Assembly: GCF_001194135.2 (NCBI RefSeq)
Contig: NC_068987.1
Coordinates: 75,360,520-75,401,982 of the forward strand
DNA length: 41,463 nt
Direction: 5' to 3'
Source of the DNA: Octopus bimaculoides
Lineage: Eukaryota
How positions within the stretch are numbered: the stretch's first letter is position 1; each line of letters opens with the position of its first letter. This document shows, one piece after another, positions 12,301-25,600 of this stretch. The translations under genes were made by a program, and so were the position numbers. The notes beneath the pieces were generated by a model. It was not told the origin of the DNA. It saw only the letters and a list, made by a program, of their open reading frames with translations, and searched no databases.

Positions 12301-15300
12301 ACAGGGACATTCAATCCGACGGTCTTCTATACAATTTCAGTCGACCAAATTGTAGAGCCAAGGGATGGATAAATGATTGGCTTTTAGAGAATGACATTTG
12401 CCCAAGGATTCTACACTGTGGATTCGAAACCGGAACCTCGTAGTTGTGATGCAATTATTTTAACCATTTGAGCATGCGTACATGTGTGTATGTACTTACG
12501 TATGTATGTATGCATGTATTTATGTATGTGTGTGTGGGTGTAGTGTAAATGTGTGCGTGCGTGCGCGCGTGTGTGTTTGTATGTGTGTGTGTGTGTGATT
12601 GAATGACAGGATGGTTCGAAAAAGCATCATTGTCGCTTCGTGTTCTCCAATACCTTGCCCTCTGAGAGAGATTTTAGTGATAAAAACTGAGCGGAAGCGT
12701 CGCCTTGTGTGCGCGCGCGCGTCTGCCTATGTAAAACGGCACATCTAGCAGTATCCATTTAAGATGCATCCGTTATATTCAAAAGCTAAATTAACCATTC
12801 GATAAACAGAGATCGATAAAAATCAGCGCAAGTCTGAAATAATTACCAGCATTGATAATTGATATGATTGTTGAAAACTCCTGGAAGCGGTACTCGAGCA
12901 TGAGCGTAGTTATATGATTCCGTAGGTTTCCCAATTTACATTCTTTCTTTTTTTACTTTGTGCATAATCTATTGCAAAATTTATTGTTTATACTCGAAGT
13001 AGTATATTACTATTACTTATTAAGCAAATTCAGTAGAATTTGAGAACAGGCGGGTAACGGTGGTGGCTATGGGGTAGATCTGTATTAAGAAGAAACTAAG
13101 AGATATGAAATGTAAGTAAACTTAAAGAAAGACATATTTAACGCAACGGATAAAAACTTTTGTTGGCAAATATGAGAAGACAGAAACAAACCTAAAATTA
13201 ATTTATTGGTTAATAAGGTGGTGAGTTGGCAGTATGATTTGCACGTCGGCGAAAATGCTTGGCGCCATTCATCTGGCGCTTTACGTTCTGAATTCAAATT
13301 CCACAGAGGGTGATTCTGCCTTTCAACCTTTCGGGATCGGAAAAATAAGTAGTAGTCCACTACAGGGGTCGATGTAATGGGCTTTTCCCCTTTCCCACAG
13401 ATCTGCTGACATTGTGCCAATATTAAAAAGAATTTATTGGTAGTTAATGAGATGCTGTACCTTACCTCCCCATCAGCCCAGACTAAGTAGGTATATGATC
13501 GAGGACGGCTCAGTTATAACTCTCCATTTCCTTTTATATATATGTACTAGCTGAAGTACCCGGTAATTCTCGGGAAAGCGGGGCTTATCTCTTGGTTCCG
13601 TTCTCATAATTGTTTCGCTAATCCAATAACTATAATACAAAGTATGTAGCCCTTAAAACGCTTTTTGTGCATTTATAGAGAATACCGAACTGTCTAACAC
13701 AGGATTTTGTTTTTAGGAATTCCCAATAAGTTTTGTGATTAATCTAGTTCTGAATGATGAATATATGCTTATATTTAAACACATGGGAGATACAACGTAT
13801 TTGTACATAGTAAAACATCCTAGACAATATTTAAAAAGCGGGGAACCCTTCGACTGGTTGACATACACTCACTTTGTGGTTAAGTAGCTGACTTTGCAGT
13901 CACGTGGTTCCGGATTTAGTCCCACTGCGCAGGCGCTCTAAGCAAGTGTCTTCTACAATAACGCCGGACCGACCAATATCTTGTAAGTGATTTTGGTAGA
14001 TGGAAACTGTATGCAAATTCGTTGTGTGAATAATATATATAATGTGTGTTTGCTTATCCTCCACCACTACTTTAGCTTGATTACGTTCCCGTGACATAGC
14101 GGTGAGGCAAAAGAGTACCAGACTTAATAAGTATTGGGGTCGATTTGTTCGACTAAGCTCCAGCATAGCCAAAATATATTGACTGAAGCCAGCAAAAGAT
14201 AAGATAACCAATCACTGGTTAACAAACGAGCTGCTTTTTCTGCCTGTTCTGTCTTTGGCTGTTATAACAGTCACCTCTATTTTAACTCTTTAAATCTTTA
14301 ACTAGTTTCAGCTCGAGTGTAGCACATATGCTGGGGTATCACCGTTAGATTTGCTACACCTTGACTACTTGAAACCTTCTCTGATATATGACATTTAGTG
14401 AATGAAGGAGTTTGATGCTACTGCATTCATCTACATTTCCTATTGATAAGGGCAGCAGGAGAAGATCCAGCTGTGTTTTGAAGACAACTATATCAACACC
14501 GTGCAGGTCTTTTAGCTTTTTTGAGAGGATATTGAAGAGCTGTAGGCCATTGAAGCCCAAGCTGTTGCAGTGTCTGGTTCTATATCTTTATGGCGATGTT
14601 GTGATTTTTGGCACTATGCAGTGTCCCGCCCCGTTCTGCTGCTTGTGTAACTTGCAATGCCGAACTTTGGTACAAGTCCTTCCAGGATTTTCCAGGTGTA
14701 TATCGCTGCATATCATTTCCGACTTCGTTTCAGTGAATAGAGTCTTAACTTGTTCAGCTTGTCCCAATAGCTGACACGTTGCATTGTGAAAATTAATTTT
14801 TGTGTAGCTTCGCCGTTAATTTCTATAAATTTCGTAACTATCATCCACTCGGCTCACGCCATGTATCCAACTGGTCTTCTCTTTTTATTCATTGTATGCA
14901 ATCAACAAAAAACCGTACTAAATACTTTATTCTCTTGATCTCCACTTCCACCAGAACTGCTGCCAGTTAGAATTGGCTAGTCTCATATACGAGCCACCGA
15001 GCCATCGTTGGACTTGCTAGAAGTATCATCCGGATACCCCTCACGTGCTTTAGAATAATGGTACATTGGATAATGTAATCCTGAAAACAAGAAATGGTCA
15101 CATTGAGAACGTCTTTTGACCATAATTCTCTTCAGTCGAACTGCCCTGAGGCTGCCTTCTGGCCCACGATCTGCTTGTAGAAATCAGCCTACTGAGGTTC
15201 AGATAATGCTCTCAATAGTTTTGGAGGGCCTTCAAAAGTGATGGGCATCGACTCTCCTCCCTTTGCAATATATAAATAATTAAAAAAAATGAATATATAT

Positions 15301-15901
15301 TTCATACATGCTGTAAAGAATATTAAAACCCAGGTGTCACATTGGCCTGTATTACAACGAGCTAGTGAAAGGGACTCTGCGTGACGGTCTGACTTGCTAG
15401 ATATAGCAGCCAACACTTCCCCAGTCCCAACTTATAACAAAAGACACCTTGAATAAAATGGTTCTAGATGCGCAATATCCAAGAGAAGGATAATAATGTC
15501 TTGGCTGGAACTTCTTTACCCAGAGGACTGCTCAGACAGAGCGGGTCTAAGGTTAAAGAACAATGGCGATAACGAACCAACAAGAGAGAGAGAGAGAGAG
15601 AGTCAATATGTCGTCCTTCAATGTATTTGAAATGACAGTCAAATCTCGCACAAATCACGCCATGTTGCCTTGTAACGTGAGGAAAATGTCGAATAATGCA
15701 GTTCTAGGAATGTAACGCCTGAGAGGCGGACGAGATGGAATATCTTCAGCTGGAGCATCTTTCATTACAAGCTCAATCCACTTCCTCCGTCCTCCCCTCC
15801 TTCCTCATTATCAGCAACCTATTACAACAAATATAGACATGAAATAAGTAAAAATGATGAGCACCCACTTTTGTTTCTTCATAAATATATATATGTGTGT
15901 G

Positions 15902-15934
<33 letters not shown>

Positions 15935-16604
15935 ATCGTGTGTGTATAACACCCAAAATCAATAGTGATGGACAAAAGGATGTTCCTGATAAATGAAAAG
16001 AAAGCACCCGTATAGGTGTGCTAGTGTAATACTTTCATCAGTTGTCTATTACTGTCTGCTTTTTTATTTTCGAAAGAAAATTTTCCGTCTAGTTATTTTT
16101 TTGCAATATTACAATATTGTTCACAACGCAGCAAGCACGCACGGACGCGCGCGCACATACACATGCGCACATACATATGCGCACGCGCGCATTTTTCTAC
16201 TCTCACCCTTGCTGTCTTAAAATAGCTAATAAATAGCTAATAAAAAAAGCGGGAAAAGGTGCCATAATTAGTTCTAGCGTTAATCAAATTTGCACAATGG
16301 AAAAGTAATGGATGTATAGCTGCATGTTTAAGAATTTCGTTTTGCAATTATATGGCTTCAGGTTCAATACGTCTCAATACCATCATTACTCGGCACCTAC
16401 AACAGAATAAGTGTTATCTATGCTTCCATAGGCGTAGAGTGGCTGTGTGGTAAGTAGCTTGCTTACCAACCACATGGTTCCGAGTTCAGTCCCACTGCGT
16501 GGCACCTTGGGCAAGTGTCTTCTACTATAGCCTCGGGCCGACCAAAGCCGTGTGAGTGGATTTGGTAGACGGAAACTGAAAGAAGCCCGTCGTATAAATG
16601 TATT

Positions 16605-16635
<31 letters not shown>

Positions 16636-19600
16636 ATATGTTTGCGTGTCTGTGTTTGTCCCCCCAACATCACTTGATAACCGATGCTGGTGTGTTTACG
16701 CCCCCGTAACTTAGCGGTTCGGCAAAAGACCGATAGAATAAGTACTAGGCTTCCAAAGAATAAGTCCTGGGGTCGATTTGCTCGACTNNNNNNNNNNNNN
16801 NNNNNNNNNNNNNNNNNNNNNNNNNNNNNNNNNNNNNNNNNNNNNNNNNNNNNNNNNNNNNNNNNNNNNNNNNNNNNNNNNNNNNNNNNNNNNNNNNNNN
16901 NNNNNNNNNNNNNNNNNNNNNNNNNNNNNNNNNNNNNNNNNNNNNNNNNNNNNNNNNNNNNNNNNNNNNNNNNNNNNNNNNNNNNNNNNNNNNNNNNNNN
17001 NNNNNNNNNNNNNNNNNNNNNNNNNNNNNNNNNNNNNNNNNNNNNNNNNNNNNNNNNNNNNNNNNNNNNNNNNNNNNNNNNNNNNNNNNNNNNNNNNNNN
17101 NNNNNNNNNNNNNNNNNNNNNNNNNNNNNNNNNNNNNNNNNNNGAGTTTCTTAATCACACAGTGCCCGTGAATTTTCCTTCTTTTCTTTATGGCAGTGAG
17201 GGAATCCAGCAACAATGTTTTCTCGCAGGATTTATACCTAAGATATTGACACAATCCTGACTGTAAGTTTTGCAGAATACTAATTGTAATTTTGGTGTAG
17301 TGGATTTTGTTCTAACCTTTTCTCTGTTTGCTTTCTGTTGTTTTATGCTTTCAACCATTTTCGTCGTTCACCACCCATGACCTCGCACGTAATGATTTCT
17401 TTATTGAATAATAATTCAGTGGATGAAACTGAATTATTATTGAGAAATCATTATGTGCATGGTCACGGGTGGTGAACAGCAAAAATAGAGCGCCAGTGAA
17501 AACAAAAAATTCCTAGAGACACTTAGTTATAATTCTTCATGTTGCGAGTTCAAATCGCCATGGGATCGATTTTGCATTTTTTTCATCTGGATCGATTTTG
17601 CATTTCATCCTTCTGGATCGATAAAATAGCAAACATTAATAAACTGTAAAAAGATTCAATCGATTATACTACACCATTCCTATAAATGTTTATTCATTGG
17701 GGAGTGAACAGCTAAAACAGTTTAACGTTAGGCGAAATGGCTAGCGGTACTCTAGTTTTGCTCTTTTGTATTTGAGTTCAAATCTTACTGGAATCGACTT
17801 TGCTTTTCAGCTACCGATAGCATACGTGCCAGTGATATAGCAGGAAACGATTCAATCGAATATATATCTCCTTTTAAAATCTGTGACCTTAGATCAATGT
17901 TCACAAAGTTACATATTCGGTTCACCCAAGTTTTAATACGTAATTGTAAGGCCAGCTAGCCACTTCTCATATACAAAATAAGTATCGAAATAGAAGCATA
18001 AAAATATAAAGATATTCAACGCATGTATGTCTTACATTTGCACATGCATTGTACGTATCGTGGACGAGTTNNNNNNNNNNNNNNNNNNNNNNNNNNNNNN
18101 NNNNNNNNNNNNNNNNNNNNNNNNNNNNNNNNNNNNNNNNNNNNNNNNNNNNNNNNNNNNNNNNNNNNNNNNNNNNNNNNNNNNNNNNNNNNNNNNNNNN
18201 NNNNNNNNNNNNNNNNNNNNNNNNNNNNNNNNNNNNNNNNNNNNNNNNNNNNNNNNNNNNNNNNNNNNNNATATACAAAATAAGTATCGAAATAGAAGCA
18301 TAAAAATATAAAGATATTCAACGCATGTATGTCTTACATTTGCACATGCATTGTACGTATCGTGGACGAGTTCTCTAAATTATTACCAGCGATCATAAAT
18401 GAAATTATACAATCTCTCTATAGAAAATTATTTTACTTCTCTTCTAATAACTGCTAATGAACAATTTCAATTATTTACACATTAGCTCCAGTGTGCGAAA
18501 TATTTGATTAGATTTCTAATTGCATAAATTTTAATAAACAGAAACTACTGCGAGGAAACTAGCGGTGGTTTAATTCAGAATTAAAAAAAAAATTCACTTA
18601 GCAACTCTTCATATCGAAAAATCGAAACAGAGATTCTGTGCTTTAAAACAAATCATTCAACACTAAATCTTTCGTATAAAGAAGGGAGTGATAATGATAA
18701 GTGACATATCTATTATTTTTCCCAGACAATCGCTAAGAACAGCTTTGTTGACAGTCACGATCAAGATATCGCAAAAACCTCGAATCTATAAAGAATCTGA
18801 AAATAACGATTGAATGAACGTGACCCATAAAAAAATTGTTGTGGCACTGTTGACTTCGTATGAAGATATTACTGACACCATAATAAAGTAAAGAAACTTG
18901 GCAAGGAGTCTAGTTTCTAGTTTGTGAGATTTCAATAGTGAATTATTTAAACTGTATTCTTGGTTTCCCCATGACATTGACAAATGTTAAACTTCGTATT
19001 ACTCTTTTCAAGGCTTCATACACTTTTATTTTACTTTTAAAAACTGGAAAAAACACAAACCAGCTTATAAAGCTCAAGAAGTGGATAGACTATCAAGCGA
19101 ACGAGAAACACAAGTATTTGGCGTTAGGTCGGTAATATATTCTGTATAGAAGCAGCAAGTAACGTGAAACTAAGGGTAATTGGAAACTATGTTCATTGCC
19201 CTCACCCAAAGCTCAGCAAATTCATACAAAAGACTGCATAACATAGGTGAAGTTTTGGAACTTCTACATCTTTGATACAAAAATATTTCCGAGACAAGGC
19301 AAAAACAAACCAAAAAATTAGTAAATCAGTTAGCTACAAATATGCAGTGAGCCTCACATATTGTCTAAAACAAAATACTTGTTTTAGACATGGTGGTTAT
19401 AGGCAGCATAGCTAACGGTACAAATAAGTGTTGAGGATAATCCCCTAATGTTGATGGAGCATCAAGTGTCAACAGAAAGCCGTATTGTGACCTAGATTGA
19501 AGTCAGTCGATGTGTTAAATCGTTAGAGCATCGGGCAAAATGCATTGTGGTATTTGTTCTGGTTCTTTATGTTCTAAGCTCAGGTTACTTAGACTTTCAC

Positions 19601-22600
19601 CGTTTCGGCGTCGATAAGATGAAGTATCTGTCAGGTATCAACTAATCTTAGCCTTTCAAAATTGCTGGAATAGTGTTTGAAGAATGAACTATATTGCCCC
19701 ATATTCCTTACTGAAGGAGAAATTAGAGATACTTTCATACAATAATATGCAACACCTTCAGCTGAAATCAGTGAAAAATGTTTCGATGAACAGTGTTCAC
19801 TGAGGTTTGGTAACAAGAATAAAATGTCTTCTCTTGCCATCTCTGTCTCTTGTTATAGGCAGAGAACAAATCTCAAAGCGTATCATGTGGTGTTGGGAAT
19901 TTGAAGAAGTAAAAGTTATCGCAGCATAATTACTCATTTCATAAAGGTATTGCTTAACTTGACAAATAATCGAGACTCCAAAATAATCTATACGGATATA
20001 TTATTGAATGCTATATGTAATTTTATCTTCTTAACTGGATTAGTTGTGCAGAAAATAATACTGTAAAATACAAAGAAATTCAGTAAACACTTCAGTGAAA
20101 GATTGAACGTGTTACAACAGATAATGCTGTAACGATTCTACCTAGTTAAAGGCGTTTTGATAACGTACTGAAAAGTTAGATAAAACTTTCAGTGGAATCA
20201 TTCAAGACACAAGATTCTCGTTTAAGTAAGCAAGTGTTTCACGAAAAGCGAAAAAGGTGGGCGTCTCGTTTATGAGAAGCCATAGCTGGTGAATCAGCAA
20301 CGGAAGTGCCACAAGGTACAACTAACAAAGACTGTTATTACACATCTCTGTTATTTTTGTAAAGAAAGTTTATCTTTGGAAATAGAATCACTGTTTAATG
20401 GTAGTGATCATGGCATGTTTGCGCACTCTGCTACATTATCATCGATCCTTATGCATCAGATGAATCCTATTGAATTGTTGCATGACATTGTTTTGATCTG
20501 GATCTATTAATGGCAGAAACAACAATCTACACAACATTTGTAGGGACTAAATGCCTCCATCAGGTTCTTAGGTACCGGCAACAGGGGGTTGTTGAAACTG
20601 TTTACAAGAACGTTCTTCAGGGGGTATTGCCCGTCTTGTAACAAAATCGCTGGAATCTTGTCATCCATTTCTGCTACATAGTGCTTTACAGAACACTCCT
20701 TCAATGACCTCAGACGATTGATGTCATATCTGAGGAGTCCATAGGTCAAACATGACTAAATAGTGTGGTGATACTAAATATTGAGGTAACATGTCTTCTG
20801 GTAAAAATGTTTTCACTAAATAACTGGTATATTTGTGTCTAAGGAAGAGAGGAAGCTATGTATTATCAATTGATAAATAGATTTCTTTTAGAAACTGATG
20901 TTTTTATCTGCGGAAAATTTCGGGCAAATCTACCTCTTTATCTCTCCCTTAACCAAAGAGCCCCATAGAGACTTATCCTCATGTAATGTTTAAAGGACAA
21001 CCCAGAACCTCCCTCTTTAGGTTACTGATTATCTTCAGAAATCGTCTAGATTGGTGATTATTGTATCGAAATGTCAGTACACGAAGTGACGTGGGATAAA
21101 TAAAATGGGAATCGAAATTTTATCAGACTCAGTTTGAATGTTTTCCCGTTATATTGTTTGCACAAGTTGAAAATCAATCATTTCAGAGCTTGAATGATGA
21201 TCACTCGGTCCGTTGCTCAACCACAAATTTCTTAGTTTAAATGGATGACAAATAAACATCCTTGTACTAGGACGCTGGTCTACTGAAGGTAACATTCCTC
21301 ACACTTAGAACTGAATTTGATATTGCAAACCAACTAAATGCTCATCCATTTTCCACTCCTTGTGGTGGTAAATAATACCACCCTACTGTATCTGTATAGA
21401 AACAAGTGGAGAACTAACTGCTTTGGTGAGACACACGACCAGTCACCGGTGATAAGCTTCGAACCTGTGACTTCCTAGCTGGTTATTGCGTTTTTCCTAT
21501 CGACTATCCACAGCTCTACACCACTATCGTCGCTATACAAACGAATGTCCTGCGTAAGCATTTTTGTTTGTATGTGCCATGCACAAATTCTCCAAATTAT
21601 TATCGGCAATTATAAATGAAATTATAGCATTCCTCTGCAGAAATTATTTTATTTCTGTTCTAATAACCGCTAATGAACATATTCGATTGATTACACACTG
21701 GCTCCATTGTGTGAGATATTTGATTAGATTTCTCATTACAATAAATTTTAATAAACGGAAACTACTGCGAGGAAACTAGCGATGGCCTGATTCAACAAAA
21801 AGCAAAACAAACGAAATAAAATAACTACAATAACAAAAACGATTATCGAAACTATTCGTATCTCTCCTCATGACTCACGAAACAAACGGAAGTTGGGTTA
21901 AGTAAATATTTGTATGAATAATTTTGGCTATAGAGAGTTAATTTTAATTGTAAAACAACCAATCAAAATTATTGATTTCCTTCTTAGATGCAAGACTAAT
22001 TTTTGTAGCAGAGTGTTATTGTTGATCGAATTAAGAGTACCATCCTGGTACATACTTGTGCGATCCTTGAGAGATGAAAAGCAATGTTGACTCCAACGGG
22101 ATTTTAAACTCTGAACCGAGAAACTGACGAAAGTAAATACAATAGTAGGAATAGAAAGTGAAAACAACAGCAACAACAACAGCAACATACTGAGGTCGTT
22201 TTTGTAGTGTAGGCCCAGGTTAATCATCGAGCGAACCTATGACACTAGTGAACCTATGGCACGTAGTTGAAATGACTAAATGCGATCCACAGATCAATAG
22301 GTCCAGTAATCCGTCTGGTTGAGAACAATACATCATATTCTTAGGTTAATTCATTTATGTCTGGTGTTACGATCAGACAAATTATAATGTAAGAAAAAGG
22401 GGTAAACTTCTGATCGCATCAACAAAGTGTTCAAACAGGGAAGTAAATGTTCATATATGGAGATTATGTCCAGTCTCAATGGTTTCAAGGTAGGTGGTGA
22501 ACGATCCAACCCGTATGCAGCTCCGTCTCTCGTTCTGGTTCTATCCGCGCCAAGCTCCCGCTGTCTTGCCCATTCCCCTTTTTAACAGGAAGTACGAGAT

Positions 22601-25600
22601 TACCTGCCTTGCTCGTTAACAGGAAGTGAACGAGGTTACCTGTCTCGTACTATGCTAACTTCCTGTATTTGGTTATTCATACCAACGNNNNNNNNNNNNN
22701 NNNNNNNNNNNNNNNNNNNNNNNNNNNNNNNNNNNNNNNNNNNNNNNNNNNNNNNNNNNNNNNNNNNNNNNNNNNNNNNNNNNNNNNNNNNNNNNNNNNN
22801 NNNNNNNNNNNNNNNNNNNNNNNNNNNNNNNNNNNNNNNNNNNNNNNNNNNNNNNNNNNNNNNNNNNNNNNNNNNNNNNNNNNNNNNNNNNNNNNNNNNN
22901 NNNNNNNNNNNNNNNNNNNNNNNNNNNNNNNNNNNNNNNNNNNNNNNNNNNNNNNNNNNNNNNNNNNNNNNNNNNNNNNNNNNNNNNNNNNNNNNNNNNN
23001 NNNNNNNNNNNNNNNNNNNNNNNNNNNNNNNNNNNNNNNNNNNNNNNNNNNNNNNNNNNNNNNNNNNNNNNNNNNNNNNNNNNNNNNNNNNNNNNNNNNN
23101 NNNNNNNNNNNNNNNNNNNNNNNNNNNNNNNCGCGTGAAAGAAAATGAAAAAAGCAAATGTTGTATACATACAGTTCAGGCAAATGTTAACGAAATTATA
23201 AATGGAGATTAAATACGCTTTACACCGCTTAAACTGCCAAAGAAGTAACTGCAAACAGTTGAATACTTGTCAGTGATTGGTTGAAATTATCGAAATAAGA
23301 CAATTTTTTACATGAAATAACTCCGAATACAAATTTTTTTTTCTGTTCTATAACACAAAATAGATAAGTATACGAAGTTTGAAAGTCTTTCGGTACCAAA
23401 AACACTACATAAAACATAAATGAAAACTGGTGCCCCCGTTTTGAACTAAATCCCATTTTGCTGTTGTTGTTGACATCTGTCTATAGGCATTCTATCCATG
23501 ACTATCCTGCATTATTTCTTTTCAGTTAAAATGTATTCCGTTCTACATTATACAACGTGTTCCTTTCTTTTTTAAAAGCAGTAGAATATGAGTTTGGGGG
23601 AGATTTCGGTAGTTCTAGCAGGTCGCGCGACCACGTAAATTTCTTGTAGTTTTGAGTGGTGGACGAGATTAACTCGATACGATCCCGACAACTGTTGCTT
23701 CGATTCATTGATTGGCACCATGTGTGGTGCCAATCTTACCATTTAACCGAGAAGGTCTAATACCATGTTTAGTAATATATGACGCTTATAAAGCTGCTGT
23801 TATTTTTGAATGCGTTTGTTTGAGTGAACTTGGACAGATTGTCTTCAGTTGAGGTTGTATAGTGTTCTGGTCTGTTGAAGATATGTCTGGAGGTGATAAT
23901 ACATATAATGGGATGTACAATGACGAGAGGATAGAAGCATCTGCCATATAATGAGTTATGTTAGTGTACCACGAAGAAAAGAACTATCTATGTTTACATG
24001 GTGATGTTGACTGGTTGTTAGAGAATTCCTGAGCAGGTAAATCATGACATGTGAAGGCTACTGGACTCACAATCTCAAGGTCGTGTATATAATTTCCGGA
24101 TAGGGCGGCTTGTGGCCTATGAATTAACCCGTTAGATTTATGATCATAAGGCCACAGGTTCGATTGTTGGATTGGACGGCGTGTTGCATCGTTGATCAAA
24201 CCATTTCATTTCATGTTGTTCCAGTCTACTTAGCTGAAAGTTACGCTGCTGTAGTGTGGTGACTCACGGAATATTAGCTCCATATTTTGCAAATGCAAGC
24301 TGTCAGAAGCCCTCGCTGGCTACGGTACACTGGCTGTTCATGATGAAAGCAAGACTTCCAGCAGTACTATGATCAAAAGCATTTCAACCGCGATCAAGCC
24401 GTCTTCTTCGAGGTATCTAGGACTAAATTACCCGTGCGCTGCTTTTGAAAATAAAATTGCAGAATGTAATTTAAAGGAGACTAGGTTGTTATTTCTAGCA
24501 GCTTGAATGAATACGTAGAGGCTCCTATGTTTGATTGCAGAAAGTTTAATTATTAGTGTGCCAAGTACAAGGTCGCGGGAACCTATCTCTCATATTTCCG
24601 TAGATATAAGGAGTAAGGAACATGAAATGAATCCGGCATTGCGGTACACTTTGTTTTCTTGGATCTTGCCACTGAAAGATAGATACGCCAGACTAAATGT
24701 TGAACTTAACCTTTTGCCCATCCTGTGTATCACATTTAATACAGTGGACATATTTCCCTGGCGTTCATGTGTCATATATGATACATATTTCTAATTTGTT
24801 TCAACCATCAAAGTAACTTGGGACTTGGAAAAGAAAGCTATATGTTACTCAGAACGTAGGAAACGTGGGCTAACTAAAAGTCTAACAACAAGTATGGACG
24901 TTTAGGACAGACTTATGAAAATGCTTTGGACAGCCAAAGGGTTAATAAACACAAGAACTGTTGGTGAAATTGGCAAGATAGTATAATTAATATGCTCGAA
25001 CTGGGGAAAAGAAACTGGCTTCTGTTTACCTAAAGCCGGCCAGACTTCAATTTGTAAATGCGACTGAATTAGATGCCTTCAAGTCGACACCGACTTACCA
25101 GCTCAAGGTTAAATCTGATTTCTTACATTTTCATGATATCACACATTTATGAGGGTGACGGGAAGTGGTAGAGCTAATTTAATCAACTCCAGTATAATTT
25201 TGGTATTTATTTCATCGACACTGAAAGAATGAAAGGCTGAAATGGATCATTGCGGTATTTCGACTAAAAAAGAAGGGGGAATGAAACTAGATAAGAGCGA
25301 GGCATTTAGTCCGGCGTCCTGTCGTGTTTGAGATTCCACTACATTAGAATTCGAATCAGAGCCTCTTCGTAATCCTCGACATACTAGAAATAGCAGTCAC
25401 GTTTCCTTCGAATCACATCCTAGCGTCTAAATAAGTACAGAATACATTAGATAATATACTCCGGTATATCCCTATAAAGACAGGATGTTCATGTCTGGAA
25501 TGTCTTTGATTAAAAGTCTGTTCGATCTATACTGACCTTGAGCTAAACAACAATTTGATGCTCAGCTCGCGTAAATTAACTTCGCTTGCGTTGCTGATGG

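Noticed and set aside
16430-16500. tRNA-like A/B boxes here and at 32971, 13872, 37430-37500
   Set aside because: They are SINE heads, with no full cloverleaf or acceptor stem; not tRNA genes.
20507-20749. 80-aa minus-strand ORF with a Cys-rich end
   Set aside because: It is an antisense shadow of the + strand hAT dimerisation-domain relic.
20730-20760. CTGAGGAGTCC..GGTCAAAC hammerhead look-alike
   Set aside because: Helix II is mismatched and GAAA is absent; the sequence is explained as hAT coding relic (YLRS).
5406-23254. Long ORFs of 100-340 aa rich in X, and CV/TH/YI/ER/SL repeat ORFs
   Set aside because: They are created by N gaps and dinucleotide microsatellites; there is no coding evidence.
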